64,000 nt of DNA from the NCBI RefSeq assembly GCF_963921235.1, contig NC_086097.1:129644001-129708000 (forward strand). The letters run 5' to 3'. The stretch comes from Mobula hypostoma. Its lineage: Eukaryota. The first letter of the stretch is position 1; each line of letters opens with the position of its first letter. Made by a program: the position numbers and the translations under genes. Below the pieces are notes generated by a model. The model ran no database searches, was not told where the DNA came from, and saw nothing but the letters and a program-made list of their open reading frames with translations. Shown here one piece after another: positions 23,211-36,559 of this stretch.

Positions 23211-26200
23211 TGCCTTACCATATGTACCATTTTGGAACATTTTTGTTTTCTGAGATTTCCCCCCCCCCCCACTGGTGTTTCGTACATCTTGCAATGTGAT
23301 TGTGTTTTGATCATCTAACAAAAACAGTTTTTGTTAAATCCTTTACACATATCCAAAGAATCTTGCACTAAGCACCCACTTTTAAACATGAATCTTGATT
23401 CATTGTCATATGTTATTATGACCACCATTTCCACTTTCTTCTCAAAAAGCCACAAGGAGACAAATTTAAAAGAAATCTGTTTTATATTTGGAAGACACAG
23501 AATCCATTTCCACACTACTTTGTTCAAGTGATCCGAGTAATTTTATCAGTAACTAGTTAAAATTGGATCCGCAACAGCTTTCAGAGGTATCATGGGGAAC
23601 TGGGAGCCAACTTAATTTGTTGATGATTGGATGCCTCAGTGATGTTGCCGTTGGTACTGGGCACACTGGAGTGGAAGAGAAAGTTTGGACATTAATTTAG
23701 TGCTTCGGATCCCCACCACACTTCACACCAGGTGCTTATCCAGGGTGAATTCTGAGCGCCTCTCAGAGTGAAAAGTGTTGGTACAGTGTTTGCTAAAGAC
23801 AAGAGAGACTAAGATATTTGCTCTATCATGAATGATAGACGATCACAGGAGAAGAGCAAAAAGTAAAAGAAAATATTTTGTCAGATATACTCCATACTCA
23901 GCAATGAAGTAAGTTAATTGTAGTCACTTTCCATCTTTGGTAAAAATAGTAATGGAAGTGAGAGTTCTTTTTAACAAAATTGATGACATTTACTCTTTCA
24001 ATGATCTCCAAATGCTGACTCTATTTTTACCCTTTCCTCTAGATTTATTGGCATGTTATCTTCACACATCAATTTTGCATGGTGGTGTAGCAATCATTCC
24101 TAAACACAGATCTAGTTTGCCTTTCATCTGCCCCACTTCTCGATGCTCTCATTGGTGCTTAAATCTGCCTACATTTTTTTGCAGTGGATTTGCTTAAATA
24201 AATAAGCATTTATATGTAGGAATTTCAACTATAATCCATTTTGGATGCTTCCTGTGCTGTTCTTCATATCAAAAGACTAACTCAATATTTTCTGTCTTCC
24301 TATTTGGGGAATGTCCTGGTACTATCATCCGCTTTCCCCACGCCATGGTGATTCCTTCATACTCAGCACTCTGAGACAGCCATTGGAGCCAGAGGCCAGG
24401 TTTTACCACTTTTAATATAGTTGACTAATCCAATCCATTTCCTACAAAGAAAAGTTCGTATGATTACATTAACAGCTGAATAAAATTAAATCTTCTTTGC
24501 AGAATACTTCATTAAAGAACTTGGTACCAATGAATTCCAACCCCTTAATGGAAGTATGATATTACAGTCCTTACAGTCATATTCTTAAACTGTTGAACTG
24601 AGATCTGATCATTTTTTTGTGTGAGCAATAGTGTTACAATTAGTTATTTGACATTCACAGGATTCTAGCAGTCTGTGAAATTGTATTCTCTCAGACTGAA
24701 GTTAAACTGTTACCAGCTAACTTACAATGGCTGGAAGCAATTTCACCTAGTTTTGTAAATAGGTGAGTAAAGCTGTTACAGAACTGTTCCACTGGGTGAC
24801 CTACCTTTGGCTGTGTAGAGCAACAAATGAGAGTTGTATCTTGAAAGGTTCTTAACAATTTCAGAATCAGGTTATCACTGACTTAGATGACATAAAATTT
24901 GTTTTTTTGTGGCTGCAGTATAGTGCAAAATCAAAATTGCTATAAAATTACAAAAATAATTAGTGTATTAAAAAAAAGGGATAAAGAGGTAGTGTTAATG
25001 AGTTTATGGACTGTTTAGAAAGCTGTTGGAGAAAGAGAAGGTGTTCCTGAATTGTTGAGTATGAGTCTTTAGGCTCCTTTACCACTTCCCCCAGTGGTGG
25101 TAATAAGATTTACAATCCACTTTCTTAATTTTGCTTGGGAGCTATTTACTGAATTTCTGCTATAACTTTGTCACTGGATAACATTTGCTCTACAACAGGT
25201 TGCTGGTTGTCATTGTTTGCTTTGGGCCTAAGTGACCTTACAAATTTAAAGAGGAACATTTTAAGCCAAGTTGTCTGTGCTTGTGTGTTCATACTGCAGC
25301 ATGTGTATTCAAAACCTAGGGGCCTGCTAAATGCTGGCCTTTCTAATCTAGTTATAAAATATTTAAATTTTCTAAAATATTTTCTTAAAATACTTTTCAA
25401 AATCAAGAACAGTTCCATATTTGTGCCATATTTGTTCTTCTATTAGCTGCTCTAAAGATTTAGTAACAAAACATTTATTCTGCTGAAACCAGTTTGCGCA
25501 GTTTTTCATACTGGTGTTCTGAGTAAACCTTGCCTACCTTTATAACCCAGACTCTACAGTCACCATGTAAACACTTACACCGGCCTAATCCAGTCATTTG
25601 TGCAGTTTGTAGCCAGCATATGGCCACAGTACAAGATATAGCCTTCTGTTCTCAATTAGCAAGCAAAAAAAAGAGGCTGATCTTGTCTGGCATCATCCAT
25701 TGTAACTGCTAGCTTTTAGACAAGTTCCTATACCTGTTTATAATTTTAGTGTGAATTTCTGCAAACTCAAAGGAAAGTCACACCATCTTATCATTAGCTT
25801 GCTTAATATTTTGATATTTATTAAATACATACAATGGGATTTATACTTTGCTTTCGGGAATCTTAAAATCTCTATCTGTATTCCTAGAGTATGAAATACC
25901 ATTACTAGTGCACGTTGAAAAATAGAGGTATTCCTAAACTTGATTCCTGATATTAGGTGCAATAATCTCAATTATGTTTACATAATGTTTTCTTGTCTAT
26001 TTGGTTTTCTGCTAAACGGTAGGAAAGTATTTACAATGGGGGATAAGTCAAATGGGTACATTTGGATCTCGCACTTCTTGACTGGTCATGAAATGTTTAA
26101 ACTTTTTCATTTTTTGTTCTTACCGGTTACGTTGAGTAGGTTTACATCATGTTAGCGTTTAATGTGTGTTTATAAGTATTTGAATAATTGACATCTTGTA

Positions 26201-27566
26201 TTATGTCAAATCTACCAAAAAAGTAAAAGATTTGTTCATTGTCTAAAGGAACCAGGTGAAAGGACTGGACTGAACTGGCACAAGAATGTGGCACAACACA
26301 GCCAGCCTTAGCCTGTGCTGCCGATCAGCATTGTATGTAGGTGCTTTGATGTATTACATATAAGATTACTGAATGAAACGAGAAAACATGACAAAACTTG
26401 AAGTGCATTCATTAGAGACTCTGTATTCATGCATTAAACTAAAACTTAAATAAAAGTATTTGGAACTGAGAATAGATTCTTGTGAATGCAATTATTTCCT
26501 TCCAATTAAAAGCTTAGATTAGAGCACACATTTCTAATGTTATATTTATCATGTAAGTAACCACAAATATAAATTACAAATATATACTATATTACTATTA
26601 ATTTCCATATTGTCAAGAGTGATTCTGTTCATGGGATATGTTGCATTAAAATACATGTTAATTTTGATTTTCCTCTTGCATAGGGGTATGCCTTACAGAT
26701 GATGCTCTTGTCTGTTACCGTTAACAAGTCTAGGACAGTCCAGACTGATTACTCAAGCAATGAATCATAGATTTTGATGATTAATGGTGGCACAGTTTTA
26801 TGGATATGTTCTCTGATGTAAATGTGCTATACTTTTTGAAGATGTCATTAGAAGTCTTCAGCCACATAAGGAGGAGAATGTGGTAATTTGTGCATTAACG
26901 TTTCATTCTCTGTGAAAGCCCAGACTTGACTCACTTTTTCCTAAAATATCCAGTCAGAACTCTGTCTCAAACCAAAATGTGACAATTTGAATAAAGAAAG
27001 ATACTGTACAATGACAAACTGGAAACAATCATCAATACTTTGAAAATGCCCCAATCAACATGCATACCTTCTGCTAATGAGCAACTTCTGTTTATCCAAA
27101 CTTTGACATGCAATTGTTTGTTGTGCTAAATATAGGCTTGAAAACTTAGGAACTGCTGTTTTTTTTTTATTTTTCAAAGAAATTTTTAAGTGAAAAATGT
27201 GATTTCATATTTGGTTTTCTCAGAGCATTCTGAAGTTAATTCATTAAATTGCCCACCCTTTGTAACACTGGCTGCATTCAAATCTTAAATTGCATCCTGA
27301 TTACAAATCTGCAAGTTTAAGCTTTTTTTTGTGGGGGTGAGGGCATTTTAAATACTGTATCCCCAAAGCAAACCCTTTGTAATTGATTGAAGTCACTTGA
27401 ATGCAAGTACTTAAAAATTGGATTAGATACCAATTGAGTTATTTTTGGTTTGTTCAGTTAACACAATAATGCAAGTTATTGATTTTTGTTTGAACAAAAG
27501 CACCTCCGTGAAATTTCATTTAAAAGCATATTAGAGCCTGCAAATAGCAATGGCTAAAGGCACAGG

Positions 27567-27775
27567 ACTGCAGATGCTGCAATCTGGAGTGACACACAAG
27601 ATGCTGAAGGAACCCAGTGAATCAAGCAGCAGCTGTTGAGGGAAATGGACAGTTATTGTTTTGGTCAAGACCCTTCATCTGAATGGGATGAAGAGTCTTG
27701 ACCTAAAATGTTGACTGTCCATTTCCCTCCACAGATGCTGCATGACCTGCTGAGTTCTTCCAGCATCCTGTGTAT
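27567..27775. mobile_element. Fold-back Penelope-like mini element (family 3), hammerhead cores decayed
   Basis: Arms about 27594-27679 and 27687-27773 with a 7-nt spacer. gatgaagagtcttgacctaaaatgttgact is a degenerate version of the family-1 hammerhead. Confidence 0.7.
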
Positions 27776-29194
27776 TGTTGAAATAAAGGTTTCATGAGCA
27801 TTTTAAATTTCCAATTAAGGTTGCACTGGTCTTGATAAAGGTGGTAGGGGAAAAATTACACAATTTAAAGCCTGACTGAGAATAAGTGCTTTAAAAAGAT
27901 AGAGTAACTTGAGGTTACATTCTTTTTTAAAAAAAAAATGACTCAGTCATCAGATTAAAGGCAGGTAAACTGTGAGGAGAGTTTCAAGTAGGGGTTTCTT
28001 CAGAACAAGAGGAAGCTGAAGGGATATTTATTGGACAGTGTGGATAGAGACAATGGAAAGATCCCAGTTGGTGTCAGAAACCAGGGGACATAAGTTGAAG
28101 GTAGTTGATAGAAGGAGTAGTGGTGATAATAAGTGGAGGTGTTATCCCCCCCACCCCCACACAGAGTTGTACAGATCTGGAACCTGCTGCCACGTAGGGT
28201 GGTGGAAGTAGAATCCACCTTCACATTTAAATGGTAATTATGCATTCTGAAGACCATTGGCCTGTTAGCAGCTCTGTTGATCTTTTACAGCTAGGCCTCC
28301 CAGTGAAATAAATATTGTCTTAAAAATCACTTTGATTCTTCCAGAAAACAACCATAACCATGAAGTATTTTTTAGAACTCTAGTTGAATCAGTGGCTGAA
28401 AGCCAATTTAAAAAATAGAGTCGTAGGCAATTTCTGCCAAGATTAGGTAGTTATATTTTGGGAAATGTGACGTAATTTGCCCTCAATCTGCAAAACTCCA
28501 AAGGGGTTTGCGCAATTTGCCTCTGCCTCCAACAACTAGAGTTAATTGCATGCAAATATCTGTGTCATTTGATGTCCAGATTCCTACAGAGCAATTTGCC
28601 ACACTCCCTTAAAGGTTGTGCTTGTTATTTGATATTTTCCACTGCTCTGGGAGCTTTTGATTATATTTGAGTATAAAGGTTTTAGAATCTGTGTCTTAAT
28701 AAATATGGAGACTAAGTACAAATAAAATTGAAGATTCTGAATAGTTAAAATGCTAAATACCAGCTATTTTACTGTTTTTAAACTAAGTGACTCATTTGTT
28801 AACCCATTAAAGCAACTAAAAAGTGAGCATCCCCCACCAGGCATATTAATCTTGGATGCCTGTGACCTATGTGGTAGGACTTGCGGCTAGTGGAGTGCCT
28901 ACTTTGGAAGGCTGAAGGTCTGGTCATGCCTTGCAGATGCAAAAGGCTGAATCTGAAAGAACCACTCATATCCTGGAGAACAATTATAAGCCATCTTAAG
29001 GTAAGCAAGATTAACACCCGATTTGGGCTTGTCGCTCTTGGTATTATTTCAAAGTAAGTTAAATACTTCAATTAAGTTCATCTGATCCTAACCTCCACCT
29101 CACAGGTCCACCTTTCTGTAAAGTCAACTTAACAATTAGAATTTAAGCCTTGTAGTTCCAAGGTGTAATTGCAAAGGAATTTATTAGAAATAAA

Positions 29195-30130
29195 AGTCAA
29201 GGTTCAAAGTATATCTATTATTGAAGTGAATATAGGTCACCAGATACTACCCTGAGATACATTTTCTTGTGGGCATTTATAGTAAATAGAAACAATAGAA
29301 TCACAACAAATTGATGAACAACAAACACACAAAAGGTAACAAATACAACAAGAAAAGATAAATAAGCAATAAACATCAAGAATACAAGTTTGCAGAGTAC
29401 TAGAAAGTGAGTCCATGGGTTGTGGAATCAGATCAGTGATGAGGTGAGTGAAGTTATCCCCTCTAGTTCAAGAGTCTGATGGTTGAAGGGTAATAACTGT
29501 TCCTGAACCCAGTGGTGTGGGACTTGAGGTTCTGGTGCCACCTTCCTGTTGACAGCAATGAGCAGAGAGCACAGTCTGGATGGTGGGGATCTTTGATGAT
29601 GGATGCTGCTTTCCTGCAGTAGCATTCCTTAGAAATGTGCTCAGTGGTGAGACGGCTTTACCTGTGATGGTCTGTGCTGTACCCACTACTTTTTGTAGTT
29701 TTTTACCTATTAAGAGGCATTAGTGATCCCATACCAAGCCTGTCAGTATACAGCATCAGAGAAGTTTGTCAAAGTTTTAGATGAGGTACTGAATCTGTGC
29801 AAAGCTATAAGAAAGTAGAAGTGCTTTCATACCTTCTTTGTAATAGCAGATACACCTTGGACCCAGGGTGAAAGGGTAATGCCAAAGAATTTAAAGTTGC
29901 GAAGTCTGTCTACTTCTGATATGCTGATGAGAATTGGCTCTTGGACCTCTGGTTTCCTCCTCCTGTAGTCAATAATCAGCTCTTTGGTTTTGCTGACACT
30001 GAATGAGATGTGGCACAGTCACCCAGATTTTCAATCTTTCTTCTATATTCTGATACAGTCCACAACAGTGGTCTCATCTGCAAACTTCAACATGACATCG
30101 GAACTGTGCATAACCTCACAGTCGTAAGTA
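29195..30130 (-). mobile_element. Decayed Rex1/Babar LINE 3' part
   Basis: RT C-terminal remnants (AQTITG; RFRNSYYPSTIRLLN-like region at about 29470-29510) and a tail near 29200. Confidence 0.7.
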
Positions 30131-30572
30131 CTCTTCAAGTCTTCGTCTGATGATACTCATTGCTCTTGCTCACAATCTATTATCGAAAACCTCATTGCAC
30201 AAAGGAGGACCAGGTCCTCCTTAATGCTTTCCTGGTTGAGTAAGCTATCTTTATCTCTCATAAATTCCAATTGACATGAGACAGTTGTGTTGCAAATCTT
30301 TCACTGAAAATCTAACACTTCCCCGCCCCCACCCAAATTAACTTCCTCAATGTAGATTCGCATCTAAAATACAAATATGCTATCCACATTTTGTAATCTT
30401 TCCTAGTCTATTTAAGAAATATGCAGTTGTAGTTTTCACTCACACTTCGACATTGACATCTGCTTGTCACTTTCCAAATGTTATATTGTCAGAATCTATT
30501 TTCCCAGATTTTTAATCACCAAGTAAGGCAATCATGAGTTGGGTTAAATGTTCAAATTGTCTGTTTTTCTGC

Positions 30573-31677
30573 TTCAAGTCAAGTCAAGTCACTTTTTATT
30601 GTCATTTTGACCATAACTGCTGGTACAGTACACAGTAAAAACGAGACAATGTTTTTCAGGACCATGGTGCTACATGAACAATACAAAAACTACACTGAAC
30701 TACGTAAAAAAACAACAAAACTACACTAGACTACAGACCTACCCAAGACTGCATAAAGTGCACAGAACAGTGCTGGCATTACAATAAATAATAAACAAGA
30801 CAATCAGCACAGTAGAGGGCTGTAGGTTGGTGTCAGTCCAGGCTCTGGGTATTGAGGAGTCTGATGACTTGGGGGAAGAAACTGTTACATAGTCTGGTCG
30901 TGAGAGCCCGAATACTTCGGTGCCTTTCGCCAGATGGCAGAAGGAAGAAGAGTTTGTATGAGGAGTGCGTGGGGTCCTTCATAATGCTGTTTGCTTTATG
31001 GATGCAGCGTGTGGTGTGAATGTCTGTAATGGCGGGAAGAGAGACCTCAATGATCTTCTCAGCTGTCCTCACTATCCGCTGCAGGGTCTTGCGATCTGAG
31101 ATGGTGCAATTTCCAAACCAGGCAGTGATGCAGCTGCTCAGGATGCTCTCAATACAAGCTCTGTAGAACGTGGTGACGATTGGGAGGGGTAGGAGATGGA
31201 CTTTCCTCAGACTTCACAGAAAGTAGAGACCCTGCTGGGTTTTCTTTGCTATGGAGCTGGTGTTGAGGGACCAGGTGAGATTCTCCGCCAAGTGAAATTT
31301 GGTGCTCTTAATGATCTCTATGGAGGAGTCGCCAATGTTCAGTGGAGAGTGGTCGTTCCGTGTCCTCCTGAAGTCAGCAACCATCTCTTTTGTTTTGTTC
31401 ACATTCAGAGACAGGTTCTTGGCTCTGCACCAGTCTGTTAGCCGCTGCACCTCCTCTCTATATGCTGACTCATCGCTCTTGCTGATGAGACCCACCTCGG
31501 TCGTGTCAGCAGTGAACTTGATGTGGTTTGAGCTGTGTATTGCTGCACAGTTGTGGGTCAGCAGAGTGAACGGCAGTGGACTGAGCACACAGCCCTGGGG
31601 GGCCCCCCGTGCTCAGTGTGATGGTGTTGGAGATGCTGCTTCCAATCCGGACTGACTGAGGTATCCCAGTCAGGAGA
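30573..31677 (-). mobile_element. Rex1/Babar LINE, 5'-truncated
   Basis: ORFs 31214-31588 (LSPLPFTLLTHNC, LSLNVNKTKEMVADFRR) and 30833-31072 (RTAEKII, TTRLCNSFFPQVIRLLN), with an (ACTTG)n tail. Confidence 0.9.
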
Positions 31678-31721
31678 CATCAATGCATCTATTTCTGAAA
31701 AGTATTTGCAGCTAGAACAGC

Positions 31722-32526
31722 AGACACGAGGAAATCTGCTGGAAATTCAAACAACACACACAAAAAATGCTGGTGAACACAGCAGGCCAGGCAGCATCTA
31801 TAGGAAGAGGTACAGTCGATGTTTCAGTCCGGGACCCTTCGTCAGGACTAACTGAGAGAAGAGATGGTAAGAGATTTGAAAGTGGGAGGGGGAGGGGGAG
31901 GGGGAGATCCGAAATGATAGGAGAAGACAAGAGGAGAGGGGTGGATTTAAGAGCCACACATTTTAATTCCACATCCCATTCCCATTCTGATGTCTATCCA
32001 CGGCCTCCTCTACTGTCAAGATGAAGCCACACTCAGGTTGGAGGAACAATACCTTATATTCCGTCTGGGTAGCCTCCAACCTGATGGCATGAATATTGAC
32101 TTCTCTAACTTCCATTAATGCCCCTCCTCCCCTTCACACCCCATCCCTTATTTACTTATTTAATATATTTTTAATATTTTTTTATTTCCCCCCTTTTTTT
32201 TCTCTCTCTCTCTTTTTCTCCCTCTCTCCCTCTCACTATAACTTCTTGCCTGCTCTCCACCCTCCAAGCTCCCCTCCCCCCTTCTCTTTCTCCCCAGGCT
32301 TCCCGTCCCATGATCCTCCTCCTTCTCCAGCTCTTAGATCCACCCCTCCCCTCCTGTCTTCTCCTATCATTTCGGATCTCCCCCTCCCCCCCCACTTTCA
32401 AATCTCTCACTCGCTCTTCTTTCAGTTAGTCCTGACAAAGGGTCCCAGCCCAAAACGCCGACTGTACCTCTTCCTATAGATGCTGCCTGGCCTGCTGCAT
32501 TCACCAGCATTTTTTGTGTGTGTTGC
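31722..32526 (+). mobile_element. Penelope-like element: inverted terminal repeat, GIY-YIG C-terminus, and terminal repeat with hammerhead remnants
   Basis: ATHFNSTSHSHSD..IHGLLYCQDEATLRLEEQYLIFRLGSLQPDGMNIDFSNFH* at about 31952-32118. Arms about 31752-31945 and 32338-32526. 13-bp TSD ttgcagct(a/g)gaac at 31706-31718 and 32523-32535. Confidence 0.9.
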
Positions 32527-32755
32527 AGCTGGAACCAATACATTTGTTGGCAATGGAAGTGCCTCAGTAAAGCAGCCAGCATAATCAAAGTGCTCTCCCA
32601 CTCTAGACATTTTCTCTTCTCTCCTCTCCCATCAAGCAGAGGATACAAAAGGCTAAAAACATGTACCAGTAGCTTCAATGACAGCTTCTACCCTGCTGGT
32701 AGAAGACTACTGAATGTTTGCTAATATAATAAACTGGTCTGTTGACTTTACAATC

Positions 32756-33823
32756 TCATCACTCATGGCTTGGCTTCGCGAGCAGAGATTTAGGAAGGGG
32801 GCTGCCCACATCTGCTGCAGGCTCGCTGGTGGCTGACGAGGCCAATACGGGACAGGCAGGCCTGGCCACAAGCGGCTGCAAGGGAAATTCTGTTCTGGGT
32901 TTGGTGCTGCTGTGTCACGGTTCTTCCTCCTCCTCCTTTTGTCCTCAATGCCAGCCCTGCGTGCGTTCTCAAAGGAGGAGACAGACTGGTGAATGGTGTG
33001 TCGCCAGGCCTTGCGATCGGAGGCTAGATTAGACCACTGGCGATGGTCAATGTGACAGGTACCAAGGGATTTCTTCAGCGAGTCCTTGTACCTCTTCGGT
33101 GCCCCTCTGTCACCCTGGCCAGTGGAGAGTTCGCCATGCAGCACAACCTTGGGCAGGCGATGATCCTCCATCCTGGAGACATGCCCTGCCCAGCGCAGCT
33201 GCGTCTTCAACAGCATGGCCTCGATGCTGGTGACCTCCGCCTGTTCGAGGACTTTGATGTTGGTGACAAAAACCACTCCAGTGGATGTTGAGGATGGTGC
33301 GGAGGCAGCGCTAATGGAAACGCTCAAGGAGTCGTAGGTGGTGACAGTAGGTGACCCACGACTCGGAGCTGTACAGGAGGGTGGTCAGTACAATGGCTCT
33401 GTACATGCTGATCTTTGTGCCTTTCTTCAAATGCTTGTTGTTCCAGACTCTCTTGTACAGCCTGTTGAATATGCTGTTTGCCTTTGCCTGTCTGTTGTCA
33501 ATCTCTTTGTTGATCTTGGCATCCGACAAGATGGTGCACCCCAGGTAGCTGAACTGGTGGACTGTCTTCAGCTCTACCTCACCGATGGTGATGCGGGGAT
33601 GGTGGTAATCTTCCTGAGGTGCGGGCTGATGGAGAACTTCTGTCTTCTTCAAGTTGACTTCCAGTCCGAAGAGCTCGGCAGCCTCTGTGAAGCAGGGTGT
33701 TATACGCTGCAGGGCTGTCTCCGTGTGGGCAACAAGGGCAGCATTGTCGGCGAAGAGTAGCTCTTGGATGAGTTGCTCCAATGTCTTGTTGCGGGACTGT
33801 AGTCACCTCAGGTTGAACAGGCT
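32756..33823 (-). mobile_element. RTE-clade LINE 3' fragment (AviRTE-like), inserted in a Rex1 3' end
   Basis: ELLFADNAALVAHTETALQR...FGLEVNLKKTEVLHQPAP, QLRWAGHVSRMEDHRLPK and a C-terminal C2H2-like CGQACLSRIGLVSHQR. 3' end cgaagccaagccatga. Confidence 0.9.
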
Positions 33824-33856
33824 AATCGACCTCATTGTGAACTTGCACTTTATTGT

Positions 33857-35105
33857 CCATAGAATCATAGAAAAGTACAGCACAGAAACAGGCCCTTTGG
33901 CCCATCCAATCCATGCTGAACCATTTAAATTGCCTAGTCCCATTGACCCGCACATGGATGATAGCCCTCCATATCCCTGCCATCCATTTACCTATCCAAA
34001 TGCTGAAATAGAGCTCACATGTATCACTTACACTGGCTGCTTGTACCACACCCACAAAATCCTCTGAGTGAAGAAGTTTCTCCTCAAGTTCTCCTTAAAC
34101 TTTTCACTTTAACCATGACCTCTAGTTGTAGTCCCACCCAACCTCAAATGGAAAAAAGCCTGCTTGCATTTACCCCATCTATATCACTCATAATTTTATA
34201 TATCTCTATCAAGCCTCCCCTCAATCTTCTACATTCCTCGGAATAAACTTATCCAATCTTTTCTGATAATTCAGGTCCTCCATTCCCAGTAACATCCTTG
34301 TAAATTTTCTCTGTATTCTTTCAACCTTGTTCACCTGTAAGTAGGTGACACAGTACTTCAAATTAGATCTCACCAATGTCTAATACTTCAACATCCCATC
34401 TACTGTAATTAATACTTTGATTTAAGAAGGCCAATGTGCCAAAAGCTTTCTTTACGGCCCTATCTACCTGTGATGCCACTTTCAATGCATTATGGACTGT
34501 ATTCACAGGTCCCTTTGTTGCACTTCACTCTTCAGTGCCCTACTGTTCACTGTGTAAGATGCACTGTGGTTGGTCCTCCCAAAGTGCAACACCTCTCACT
34601 GGTCTGCATTAAATTCCATTTATCATTTTTCAGCCCATTTCCCAGCCAGTCCAGATCCAGCTGCAAGCTCTGATAGATTTCCTCGCTATCCACTACACCC
34701 CCAATCTTGGTATCATCTGCAAATTTCTAATCCAGTTAACCACACATTCATCCAGATCATTGATATAGATGACAAACAACAATGGACCCAGCGCCGATCC
34801 CTGTGGTACTCCACTAGTCACAGGCCTCCAGTCAGAGAGTCAACCATCTACTACCACTCTCTGGCTTCTCCCACGAAGCCAATGTCTAATCCAATTTACT
34901 ACCTCATCTTGAATGCCAAACAACTGGACGTGCTTGACCAACCTCTCATGCAGGACCTTGTCAAATGTCTTCCTAAAGTCAATGTGTACAACATCCACTC
35001 TCTTGCCTTCATCAACTTTCCTGGTAACTTCCTTGAAAAACTCTAAAACTAGTTAGACGCGACCAACCACACACAAATTAATGCAGACTATCCCAAATCA
35101 GTCCA
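33857..35105 (-). mobile_element. Decayed CR1 LINE 3' part
   Basis: catagaatcatagaa tail (minus-strand TTCTATG repeats) and RT remnants collinear with the other CR1 copies. Confidence 0.8.
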
Positions 35106-36559
35106 TATGCACTGTACTATCTCTGTAGCTGTACCATTCTGCATTCTTTTAATCTTTTGTCTTGCACTACCTCAGCTCACTGTGTGATGAAGTTTTACAC
35201 TTTATATCAGTACTTATGATAATAATAAACCAATTCCAGTTCCAAGTGATTGTTTATGTGTACATGAGATTCAAAACCCAAGCTTGCATCAAAATCGGAT
35301 ATAGCACAAAAGATACTTGGTTAAGTATTTTGTAATTGCCAGATCTAAACATCAAATAGTAAGCACTACATACCAATTCATTTAAATACAGTACCAGCTA
35401 AGGTATGTAGCTGGACAACCCAAAACTAATTACTACATTCTCCAGATATGGTTTCAATTTTTCCAGTTTTTCCATCAAATTAATTCAATATATTTAAATC
35501 CTGTAATATAACAATGTTCCAATTAAATAAAACTAACAGACAATAAACCAAAAAAAATGCTTATTTATTCTTTTAAAACTTGTCGTTACTCCTTAACTGG
35601 TAAATATTTGATTTGATCTACTATTCAAAAATTGTTTTCCTCTAATATGTATTTGTTGTGACTTGTTTCTTTGCTTAGTTCCTAATGAATCTGTTACCCC
35701 CATCCACATGCCTACATTGGTGTTGTCCATTCCAGTTAGCTACATCAGAATAGATAGTATAATTTCTCCACTGTGAATACAGCTTAGAGTTAGCTCTTTG
35801 AAAAAGCGATCAATTAGTCCCACTCTCTTGTTAAATCTCCTCGCAGCAAGCATTTATCCAATCTCCCGTTGAAGATTTATATTGCCTCTATTATCGTTTT
35901 TCTTTATGACTTTGATATATTTTTCCAGTTTTGCCAGTTATCCTGAGATGCTCCATTATTTTGCAACCCTCTATTAAATATCTTGACTTCTACCTAAGCA
36001 AAACACTCTATATAACAAAACTTAAGGATGACTAAAGTTCTTCCAGGCACCATTCTAGTTCTTTCCTATACTCTGTCCAAGACCTTTGCACCTTCAACAA
36101 TATGTTCAAAATTGGACATCTGAAGCCCAGTGCACGATGTATTTCTTTGTACAGTGCTTTGTGTCTGAAGAATGGATCACAAGTATTCTGGGAATACATG
36201 ATTCGCAGCCTTTCTTGCCATATGCACAAGAACCTCCAAGCTGTCTATCTATTCTTACCCCTCCCTGCCTGCCAAAAATGTTCCATTTAGTTTTATATTT
36301 CCTCATCTCATTTCTTCTCAAAATGTTTTCCACTCATTTTAAGTGGGAGAAAGAACTTTGCTTCTCTAATGTTGTCTGCAGGTAGATGCTGTATGTTCCT
36401 AACTACAGCAAACCCTGAAGGTAATTTTTATACTCTGCTAATCTGCATCATTTTGCAGAAACAAGTTTTATCTACAGTAAAACTCCCATTATCCAATTAT
36501 TTTCAAATCCCGATGGTATAGCATCCAGCTATGATGTTTCCAATGCTCAGTAGGTTGAC

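Larger units (their letters stand above)
22700..26480 (+). other. SLC66A2: Putative SLC66A2 3' UTR with candidate poly(A) signals
   Basis: AT-rich and largely repeat-free downstream of the stop. AATAAA occurs at 24197-24202, 24479-24484 and 26449-26454, with ATTAAA at 26433-26438. The true end is unknown. Confidence 0.45.

Noticed and set aside
22904..23318. Repeated MLVNAAGQAAS..GRGTVDV ORFs (also 31767, 32367, 60528) as a peptide family
   Set aside because: Translations of the non-coding Penelope terminal repeat on either strand.
32428..32463. Plus-strand hammerhead as an active ribozyme
   Set aside because: The core is mutated (CTGACAA, AAAA instead of GAAA, CC instead of TC).
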